This document shows positions 24,801-32,000 of a stretch of 32,000 bases of DNA, in pieces. The stretch is from Micromonas sp. (lineage: Eukaryota): contig CP001330.1 of the NCBI GenBank assembly GCA_000090985.2, positions 974,335-1,006,334 on the forward strand, in the 5' to 3' direction. The notes below the pieces were generated by a model. It saw nothing but the letters and a program-made list of their open reading frames with translations. It had not been told where the DNA came from and ran no database searches. A program made the translations under genes and the position numbers. How positions within the stretch are numbered: position 1 is the stretch's first letter; each line of letters begins with the position of its first letter.

Positions 24801-25743
24801 GGTCCTCAACAACCGGATCTTCAGCAACAACGTCGTCTGGCTCATCCAGCTCCCGCGCCTGTACAACATCTACCGCGGCCAAGGCACGGTGCAGAACTTT
24901 CAGCAGATGCTCGACAACATCTTCCAGCCCCTCTTCGAGGTCACCGTCGACCCGTCGTCGCACCCGGCGTTGCACCACTTTTTGCAGCTCGTCGTGGGCT
25001 TCGACATGGTGGACGACGAGTCAAAACCCGAGCGAAGGCCGTCTAAGCACATGCGAACGCCGGAGGAATGGGACGTGCCCCACAACCCAGCCTTTGCGTA
25101 TTACGCCTATTACGTCTACGCGAATTTGTACACCCTGAACAAGCTTCGGGAGAGCAAGGGGCTGAACACCATATCGTTCCGGCCGCACGCGGGGGAGGCT
25201 GGCGACATCGACCACCTCGCCGCGGCGTTTTTGCTCACCAAGAACATCGCGCACGGCATCAACCTGCGAAAATCGCCGGTGCTGCAGTACCTCTACTACC
25301 TGGAGCAAATCGGCCTGAACATGTCGCCGCTGTCGAACAACTCGCTCTTCCTCGACTACCACCGCAACCCCTTCCCGGTGTACTTTGCGCGAGGGCTGCG
25401 GGTCACGCTGAGCACCGACGACCCCCTGCAGATTCACATGACGAAAGAACCGCTCGTGGAGGAGTACTCGGTGGCGGCGAGCGTGTGGAAGCTCAGCGCC
25501 GCGGACCTGTGCGAGATTGCGAGAAACTCGGTGCTCAACTCTGACTTTCCCCACGAGGACAAGCAGCACTGGGTCAGCGACACGTACTGGCTCCCGGGGC
25601 CCTCGGGGAACGACATGAAGAAGACGAACGTTCCGAACATCAGGGTGCAGTTTCGCAACGACGTCCTCGCCGCGGAGAGGGCGCTCGTCGCCGCGGGGGT
25701 GGCGCAGGCCACCGCGAAGGGACGCGCGCTCCACGTGTCTTAA
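21835..25743 (+). CDS. AMPD: AMP deaminase
   Basis: Real ATG at 21835 and a single 1302-codon ORF. There is an N-terminal hydrophobic helix ([20 protein letters not shown]) as in plant AMPD, then a long disordered region. The catalytic core has hallmark motifs: [58 protein letters not shown] (here [10 protein letters not shown]). Confidence 0.95.
   Translation: [1302 protein letters not shown]
22315..22380 (+). repeat. (GGC)n/(GGA)n trinucleotide tract encoding G13 SGGG SGGG
   Basis: Read directly: GGCGGCGGCGGCGGAGGAGGAGGAGGAGGAGGAGGAGGAGGATCGGGAGGAGGATCGGGAGGAGGC. Confidence 0.85.
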
Positions 25744-25884
25744 CTTTAACTAAATACATCAGTCTCGACTCGGCCGTAAATATAGTCTATCAGTCGTTTC
25801 ATCCCTCGCGTACGTAGTTTACACATTCCAAAACGGTTCATCGCTACCTTCGTACAAGTAAACCAACTCCCCCGGGCGCACCGC

Positions 25885-28284
25885 CTACCCCTGGAGGTGT
25901 CGACTCGTCGGCTCCGCGGACGCCGGCGAGCTCGACGCCGGCACGTACCCCAGCTCGGCGATTCTCCGCAGCTCCGGCGACGGCCACGCGTTTCGCTCGT
26001 GGTACTCCGCCCAAGCCGCCGCCGCCGCCGCGTTCTTGGCGCTCATCGTGCACGCGTCCATGCCCTCGACGTCGACCCATCGCTCGCGCACGGGGGGCGA
26101 AGAAGCGTCGACGGATTCCGCCGGTTCAGTCGTCGTCGGCTTCGTCGGCGGTTGAGTTTTCCGTCCCATGGGGTTGTTCACCAGAAGCTTCTCCGCGGAC
26201 GACCTCGGGGTGATGGCGGACGTCACGAGGCCGTCGAAGGCAGTGCCGAGCTGGAGCTGCGACGCCTGCGTCCGCGCCGCCTTTTTGGAGCTCTCCTTGG
26301 CCGTCTTGGCCATCGCGGACGGCAGGTATTCGTCACCCGCGAACCGAACCGTGGAACCAAACCCAAATCCACGCCCAGGGCTCAGGGTTTTGGTTGAGGG
26401 TTGAGGGTTTAACGGCGGCGCGGTGGTCGGCCTCCTCGCGGACGCCGGCCTGAACACCGTCCCTCCACCGCCGCCTCGTCCGCCGACGCCGGATGCGGAC
26501 ACCCCACGGCCGCCGGGGGATACTTTTTTTCGCCTCGAACCGACGACTCGGGAGGGCGCCGGCTTTCTCGGTGGCTCGTCCCCCTCGAGCGCGTAAGCGA
26601 TCGAGGCGACGCCCGCCAGCTGCGCCGGGTGCTCCACCCTCTCCGCGGCGGGCATGGCGTACACCGCCTCGACGTCCGTGTCCGGGGACAGCGCGCACGC
26701 CATGCGGATCCGCCGGCTCAGCTGCGAGAGCGACATGTTCTCGAGGCCGCGGGTTGGCAGTCGCATCGCGCGACGAGCACCGATGGACTCGGCACCCCCC
26801 TCGGCACCCCCCTCGCCGACGCGAACGACCGACACCTCGAACGATTGCGACCACTCCGCCTTGGGCGCGGCGAGGGACGCGGCCCTCGCGCGGCGCATCG
26901 CGCGCGATTCCCCCGCGTCGCCGCCGCCGCCCGCCGCGGAATCAGGCACCGGTTCCTTAGCCGTGCGATAGAGCAACACGTCGCCGTTCTTCAACCCCTC
27001 GACGCCCTCCAGGTGCGTCCCGTCCCCGGCGTAGAGCCCCAGCAGCGGCGTGACGATCCTCTCGGCGCGATAAAGCGCGTCCTCGCACCGCCGCAGGGCC
27101 TCGACGCGCGTGCTGCACGACGCGGGAAGGGTCACCTCCGTCCACGGCCGAGCCGCCGCGCTTGTGCCTTCGTCGTCGTCGTCCGCCCCGAGGCGACCCT
27201 CGAGCGCCCTCCGGCGGAGCGACGTCGGGATGAGGTTGACGACGACGCGCGAGGAACGCGCGGACGGCGCGGCGAGCCGCGCGAGGCTATCCCTGCGCAT
27301 CTCTCGCGCGCGGGGAGCTCCGCAGGCTTTGGCTCCATCGTCGGCTCGGTCGTCGCCGGCTGTGGCGCCGCCGCCGATCGAGTCGTCGACCGTCGACGCC
27401 CCTCCGTCCCCTCGTCCGCGTCGGCGGCGTCCGTCGGCGGCGGAGTAGACGACGCACACTTCGCCGTCGACGAAATCCGCGTCGGAGCGTCTCGCGACGC
27501 CGTCCGCCGCGGCCACCACCTCGATCACGTGCGTGGCCAAGCCGAGCTTTTCTTGGATCGCCGGGAGGAGCTCTTCGAAGGCTCCCTCGCCCGCGGCCGC
27601 GGCGTCGACGCCGCCGACGCCGCCGCCCTCTCGCACGCGTCGCTGGAATTGGAACGACACGGGCTTGGCTCGCGCGGGTCCGACGGGCGGCCTCCCCGCG
27701 GCGCTCGTCGCGACGTCGTCGAAGAAGACGTCTTCGTCGTCGTCGTCGTCGTTGTTGACTCGGCCGTTTTCGTCGGGGTCGGCCGGGACCGCCGCGCGCG
27801 GCGGCCTGCGGGCGGGGCGGACGAGGTGGATCGTGACCGTCTCGCGCGCCGCGGCGACGAGCCGCGCGGCGGCGGGGCTGTCCATGTCCAGGGGCGCGGA
27901 GGTGGGGCGAACTCGCGCGGCGGGCGTGGTCGCGGCGGATCCTCCTCCGCCGGATCCCCCTCCGTCGCGGGAGTTTGTTCGCGCCCCTCTCGAGCTCGAT
28001 CCCCGGGCGACGGACCCCCCCGGAGCCTTCTCCGCGGCGGCGACGCTCTCCGCGAGCGCCGAAGCGACCGCGGCGTCGATGCTCCTGGCGCACATCGCCA
28101 GCGCGCGCGCGATCGCCCGAGCCTCCGCGGCGGTCGACGCGAACGAACCCGCGCCGAGCGCGGAGCGGCACTCGCCGATGCTCCGCTTCAGGGTCCACAC
28201 CGCTCGGTCGCAGTCGGCGACGGCGTGGAGAGCCTCGTCGAGCTGCGCCATCGCCGCGCGGTTGATGCGCTTATTCGTCGCCAT
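25885..28284 (-). CDS. Hypothetical protein with three doublecortin/ubiquitin-like modules (tentative)
   Basis: The ORF-track start at 28299 is a GTG. The first ATG (28284) gives MATNKRINRAAMAQLDEAL. Three modules of about 90 aa each end in a hydrophobic-Tyr strand: ..FVDGEVCVVYSA; ..LGLYAGDGTHLEGVEGLKNGDVLLYRT; ..AQLAGVASIAYALEG. This is reminiscent of DCX domains (..LY..DG..V..L..L.DG..YV). No catalytic motifs were recognised. Confidence 0.5.
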   Translation of the reverse strand: MATNKRINRAAMAQLDEALHAVADCDRAVWTLKRSIGECRSALGAGSFASTAAEARAIARALAMCARSIDAAVASALAESVAAAEKAPGGSVARGSSSRGARTNSRDGGGSGGGGSAATTPAARVRPTSAPLDMDSPAAARLVAAARETVTIHLVRPARRPPRAAVPADPDENGRVNNDDDDDEDVFFDDVATSAAGRPPVGPARAKPVSFQFQRRVREGGGVGGVDAAAAGEGAFEELLPAIQEKLGLATHVIEVVAAADGVARRSDADFVDGEVCVVYSAADGRRRRGRGDGGASTVDDSIGGGATAGDDRADDGAKACGAPRAREMRRDSLARLAAPSARSSRVVVNLIPTSLRRRALEGRLGADDDDEGTSAAARPWTEVTLPASCSTRVEALRRCEDALYRAERIVTPLLGLYAGDGTHLEGVEGLKNGDVLLYRTAKEPVPDSAAGGGGDAGESRAMRRARAASLAAPKAEWSQSFEVSVVRVGEGGAEGGAESIGARRAMRLPTRGLENMSLSQLSRRIRMACALSPDTDVEAVYAMPAAERVEHPAQLAGVASIAYALEGDEPPRKPAPSRVVGSRRKKVSPGGRGVSASGVGGRGGGGGTVFRPASARRPTTAPPLNPQPSTKTLSPGRGFGFGSTVRFAGDEYLPSAMAKTAKESSKKAARTQASQLQLGTAFDGLVTSAITPRSSAEKLLVNNPMGRKTQPPTKPTTTEPAESVDASSPPVRERWVDVEGMDACTMSAKNAAAAAAWAEYHERNAWPSPELRRIAELGYVPASSSPASAEPTSRHLQG

Positions 28285-28404
28285 GGCGGATGCGCTCACG
28301 CCTCCGCGCGCGCGCGGTGTGTCCCACCCTCGCGCGCGCCCCTCGCCAATTCAAATAAAGATTTCGCCCGCCCCGATCGCCTCAGCTCGAGCGTGGTTTC
28401 GGCG

Positions 28405-28551
28405 ATGCGAGCCGGCACTGCGGTGGGGCGCGTGTGCATGCTGTCGGGAACGCTTCCCCGTCCGACGCCTCACCTCGCACCTCCCCGCGCGCATCTTCGC
28501 GGCGACACCAGATCGACGCGTGCCGCCGGCGCTCGCTCACCGACGACGATG
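28405..28551 (+). CDS. HAD-family phosphatase, exon 1 (transit-peptide-like leader)
   Basis: The HAD frame has no ATG between its upstream stop (28627-28629) and the DxDxT motif, so an upstream exon is required. ATG 28405 opens MRAGTAVGRVCMLSGTLPRPTPHLAPPRAHLRGDTRSTRAAGARSPTTM. The donor ATG|GTGCGCCC is at 28552, phase 0. Confidence 0.55.
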
Positions 28552-28656
28552 GTGCGCCCGCGCGACCCGCCGCTCCGCGCCCCAACCCCACCCGCGAACG
28601 CTTTTTCCCAACCCCCCCCCGGGCGCTGACGATACCCGATCGACTACTCGACGCAG
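28552..28656 (+). other. Spliceosomal intron (105 nt), C-rich
   Basis: GTGCGCCCGC ... GCGCTGACGATACCCGATCGACTACTCGACGCAG. A CTGAC branch-point-like motif lies about 30 nt from the 3' end. There is an in-frame TGA at 28627-28629, so read-through is not possible. Confidence 0.6.
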
Positions 28657-29400
28657 GCGCCGGGCAAGACGCTCATCACCTTCGACGTCGACGGCACCCT
28701 GATCAAGGCGGTCGGGGCGCACGCCAACAAGTTCCACAAGGACGCGTTCGCGCACGCGTTCAAGATCGTCCACGGCCTTCACACCAACATCGACGTCATC
28801 GCGCACCACGGCTCCACCGACCAGCTCGTCATCGAATCCGTCCTCAAGCATCACGGGCTCGAACACGACGTCATCTGGGCCAAGATGCCCGAGTGCTGCG
28901 ACGCGATGCTGGCGTACGCGTACCAAGCCGCCGCCGCCGGCTTCGCCGCCACCGGGCTGGAGCTCCTCCCGGGCGTGAAGGAACTCCTCTCGCGGCTCGC
29001 GGAGAGGGACGACGTCATCGTCGCGCTCGTCACCGGCAACCTGGAGCGCATCGCGTGGATCAAGATGAAAGCCCTCGGAATCGAGGGTTCGTTCACCAAA
29101 CCCGGCGTAGGCGGGTTCGGCAGCGACGACACGAATCGCGGCGCGCTGGTGCGAATCGCGAGGAAGAGGTGCGCGGAGAAGCTCGGGTGCGAGGTGCGCA
29201 CAGCTGTGCACGTCGGCGATACACCAAACGACGTGAGCGCCGCGGAGTTCGGCGGCGCCAAAGCCATCGCGGTGACCACCGGCGTGTTCGACGCGGCATC
29301 GTTGTTAAACGCGGCGGGAGATAATAAGGCGAACGTGACGGTGATGGACGGGTTGACGGACGTGGACGCGGTGCTTCGGGCGTGCGGGCTGGAGCCGTGA
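28657..29400 (+). CDS. HAD-superfamily hydrolase (phosphatase; phosphoglycolate/sugar-phosphatase-like), exon 2
   Basis: APGKTLITFDVDGTLIKA carries motif I (DxDGT). VALVTGN is motif II-like. HVGDTPNDVSAAEFGGAKAIAVTTG is motif IV (GD..ND). Stop at 29398-29400. Confidence 0.75.
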   Translation, partial: APGKTLITFDVDGTLIKAVGAHANKFHKDAFAHAFKIVHGLHTNIDVIAHHGSTDQLVIESVLKHHGLEHDVIWAKMPECCDAMLAYAYQAAAAGFAATGLELLPGVKELLSRLAERDDVIVALVTGNLERIAWIKMKALGIEGSFTKPGVGGFGSDDTNRGALVRIARKRCAEKLGCEVRTAVHVGDTPNDVSAAEFGGAKAIAVTTGVFDAASLLNAAGDNKANVTVMDGLTDVDAVLRACGLEP

Positions 29401-29583
29401 GTGGGGGCGTAGTCTGTTTGAATCGCATCTGTTTTTTTAGGTGGACTATCTTCTCCGACGGGTTCGTCTCTGACTGTATTCATTCGTCCGTCTCTCTACA
29501 CGAGTGCGGTACGACGACGACCGCGCGCGTGCGTCTGTCTCCCTGACTCCCTCGCCGCGGAAGTGCGGGGTTTCCTCGTCGTC

Positions 29584-30589
29584 TCATCCGATATTATCCC
29601 CCGGCGACTCACTCGACTCTTCTCGGATTTGATCGACGGAGGTATCCGCCCAAGCCGCGGCGTCGGCGGCGTCGTCCTTGGCCTCGCTGACGTCGCTGAG
29701 CCATCCGTCCGCGTCGTCGGCGGCGGGAGTTGGCGCGGTCGTCGGCGCGAGGGGGGACCCGGGGGACGAGTCCGGGGGCTCCGGGGCGGTCGGCGGCGGC
29801 GCGCCCGGCCCGTCGACATTCGCCTCAGCGTCGTCATCGGCATTCGCCTCCGCGGCGTCGTCAATGATCGCCTCCGCGGCGACGTCAACGTTCGTCTCGG
29901 CGTCCTCGTCAACGTTCGTCTCAGCGTCCTCCTCTTCCTTCTCCTCCACCTCTTCCTCCACCTCTTCCTTCTTCTCCACCTCTTCCTCCACCTCTTCCTT
30001 CTCCTCCACCTCTTCCTTCTTCTCCTTCTCCTCCTTCTTCTCCTCGTCCTTCTCCTCGTCCTCGTCCACCGCCGCCGCGGCTCCGGACGTTCTCGGCGGG
30101 CTCACAGGCACGGCCGGCGCGATACCCCCGAAGGACGCGTCGACGCCCGCCTCCGCCGCAGCCGCAGCCATCGCATCACCGACGGCGCCCTCGTTGAAAA
30201 AAAGCTTCGGTCGCGTCAACTTCGTAAACGCGTCGCGAGCGTTCGAAGCCTCGGCGAAGACGTCGAGAAGCGCGCCCCGGAGGCGATTCGAACCCGCGAC
30301 GCCCGAACCGTCCGTACCGTCCGCACCGTCCGTACCAACACCGTCCGTACCAGTACCCGGTTCGCCCGAACGAACGAAAGCCTCTGGCGCGATTCGCTCA
30401 GCTTCCCATCGCAGCGCCGCGCCCGCGGCGAGCACCGCGTTCATGCCCTCCTCCGCCTCGAGGTACTTCCGTTCGATCGCGGCGCACCCCGCGGCGAGGT
30501 CTTCGTCCACGTCCGCGCCCAAACCGAGCGCGTTCGCCGCGGTACGCTTCTCCCGACGCTCGCTCAACTCGTCGGCGCAAAACCTCAAC
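29584..30589 (-). CDS. Acidic coiled-coil protein, last exon
   Basis: The frame continues from the exon ending at 30672 (..RLCLD R LRFCADELSERREKR..). It contains E/K/V-rich repeats and a terminal acidic region. Stop at 29584-29586. No family was recognised. Confidence 0.6.
29884..30070 (-). repeat. Coding tandem repeats: a 24-nt unit x2 (EDAETNVD) followed by 30-nt-period Glu/Lys/Val repeats
   Basis: On the + strand, GTCAACGTTCGTCTC(G/A)GCGTCCTC occurs at 29884-29907 and 29908-29931. It is followed by reiterated CCACCTCTTCCTCCACCTCTTCCTTCT(T/C)CT units. Confidence 0.8.
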
Positions 30590-30671
30590 CTGTAAATAAA
30601 CAAGAAAAACCACGTCATTCTAATTGCCCATACCTGGTAATACGAAGGTGCAAAGATTAAAATAAACTCAC
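30590..30671 (-). other. Spliceosomal intron (82 nt), AT-rich
   Basis: Minus strand: GAC AG|GTGAGTTTATTTTAATCTTTGCACC...GTTTATTTACAG|G TTG AGG. My count gives 28 G+C in 82 nt. Splicing removes the stop at 30668-30670 and joins two long ORFs in phase 2. Confidence 0.8.
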
Positions 30672-32000
30672 CTGTCCAGGCACAGCCGCGCCGCCCCCGC
30701 CTGCCCGCGCGCGTGCGCCGCGACTGACGCGACGTACGCCCCCCGGGCGCGCGCCTCGTCGATCTTCGCGTCGGACGCGAGCGTTTTTAAAGCGTTTTTT
30801 CGGTGCTCGGCGACGGCGCCGACGCACACGGCGACGGCTTCAACGGCCAAAGATTCCGCTGCGTACTCGCGCACGCGTCGGTCCAGTTCGCTCACCTTTG
30901 ACTGTAACGCGTCGCGAACCGCGCCGTGCGCCTCCTCAAACTCCAAACGCTCCTCCGCGGCGAGTTTGGCGCGAGCCGCGGCGTCCGTCGCCTTTCGCTC
31001 CGTCCGCGCGAGTTCGTCTCTGAGCTCGGCGACGCGCGTGGCTAGGCGATCGGATTCTGTTTTTACCGCTTCCTCGGCGGCGGCGAGCTCGGAGGATTTC
31101 CTGTCGCGAAACGATTGCGCGTCGAGTAACTGCGCGCGCGACTCGAGGCGCAGGGCGTCGGCGTCGGCGCCCGCGCGCGTCAGCGTCTCCGCCGCGGCTC
31201 GGAGCGTCCCGAGCGCCTCGGCGGTTGCGTTCGATCGACCGGGTCCCGAGCCGGAGCCCGACCCGGAGACGGACCCGGAGAGCTCCGCGTCGAGTCGGAC
31301 GCGGCGCGCGTGCGCGGACTCGTGCGCCGTTCGCGCGACGTCCACCGCGCGACGCGTCGCCGCGGCGAGCTCGGGCGCGGCGAAACCGCCACCCTCGGAT
31401 CGTTCGGATCGTTCCCGCTGACGCTCCATTACTTCTGGAGATTCTTCTTCGCGCGAGCCGCGATCCTTCGAAGAGCTCCGCCCGCTCCTCCTCTCGTCTT
31501 CTTCGTCCTGGCCAGCCGCGAGGTCCGCCAGCGCGGCGGCGAGGTCCGCGCCCCCCGCGCCCAGCGCACCGCCCCTCGCCGCCCTCGCGATGGACGCGAG
31601 CTCGCGTCGTAGCCTCCGTTCGCGGTTGGCGAGCGCCTCGACGCCGCCAATCTTCTTCGCCGATTTAATCGCCGCGGCTAACACGGCTCGGAGCTCTGCG
31701 GCGCCGAGCTGAACCTCCGCGTCGCCCTGCGACCTGATGGCGTCCGTCGCGGCGGCGAGCGACGCCACCAACGACGACGCCGCGACTCCGACGGCACCCT
31801 CGGCACCCTCGACGGCACCCTCGCCCTGGACGCCCCGGACGTCGAACATGAGCGCGTCGCGAAGGAGCTCGACGAGGAGGCTCGTCTCCACGTCGCCGCT
31901 CGACGGCGCGTCGACATACGACAGCACGAGCGCCTCGAGCGCCCCGGACTTCAACACGACGTCGCGAAACGTGAGCACGGCACCCTCGACGGCACCCTCG
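30672..32000 (-). CDS. Acidic coiled-coil protein, upstream exon (open to the window end)
   Basis: The ORF-track M at 31978 is a GTG, and the frame stays open to 32000 (..EGAVEGAVLTFRDVV..). Long Ala/Glu/Arg/Leu heptad-like stretches are present (ELRDELARTERKATDAAARAKLAAEERLEFEEAHGAVRDALQSKVSELDRRVREY). Confidence 0.6.

Noticed and set aside
26629-28404. Plus-strand ORFs of 389-666 aa opposite the DCX-like gene, and the 374-aa minus-strand ORF (23854-24978) inside AMP deaminase
   Set aside because: These are antisense low-complexity frames. Only the last 147 nt of the 26629-28629 frame (28405-28551) is used, as the proposed first exon of the HAD gene.
10469-29400. SurE nucleotidase, AMP deaminase and HAD phosphatase as a purine-nucleotide catabolism gene cluster
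   Set aside because: The three genes are separated by unrelated genes, are on independent promoters, and the HAD substrate is unknown. Co-occurrence within 19 kb of a very gene-dense genome is not evidence of a functional cluster.

Overview
This window looks like gene-dense eukaryotic nuclear DNA, roughly two-thirds G+C by eye. The most likely source is a prasinophyte green alga of the Mamiellophyceae (Micromonas-like); that assignment is inference from composition, gene content and intron style. I can support 14 protein-coding genes and 2 tRNA genes. Intergenic spacers are very short (56 to about 500 nt) and spliceosomal introns are few (7 proposed, one tentative).

Genes in order:
- HMA1-like P1B heavy-metal ATPase (-, runs off the window start)
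- Tail-anchored SNARE-like protein (-)
- LMBR1/LIMR-family membrane protein (+, 1 intron)
- Secreted beta-helix protein (-)
- tRNA-Thr(CGU) (-)
- Long NT-C2-like low-complexity protein (+)
- SurE-type nucleotidase (+, 1 intron)
- Mitochondrial-type beta-ketoacyl-ACP synthase (-)
- tRNA-Cys(GCA) with a 48-nt intron (-)
- RAD1 checkpoint-clamp subunit (-), head-to-head with MSH5 (+, 1 intron)
- Repeat-rich surface protein (-)
- AMP deaminase (+)
- Hypothetical protein with three doublecortin-like modules (-)
- HAD-family phosphatase (+, 1 intron)
- Acidic coiled-coil protein (-, 1 intron, runs off the window end)

Nothing prokaryotic, no CRISPR array and no clear transposon is present.

Most notable observations:
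- An intron-bearing tRNA-Cys and its Pol III terminator sit inside the leader of the KAS gene.
- RAD1 and MSH5 are divergent and share a 229-bp spacer.
- A 19-nt palindromic, 5'-splice-site-like element is identical and in frame in MSH5 and AMP deaminase.
- A surface-protein gene has seven ~138-nt repeats that include 123-nt perfectly identical blocks.
- There are two intron classes: C-rich with GTGCGC donors, and one AT-rich.
- An AT-rich island with 19-20-nt tandem repeats lies next to tRNA-Thr.

Caveats: the leading M in the supplied ORF track is sometimes a GTG or TTG codon, so several starts were moved to the first real ATG. Many long ORFs are antisense artefacts of the high G+C content. 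All product calls rest on remembered family motifs, not on searches.
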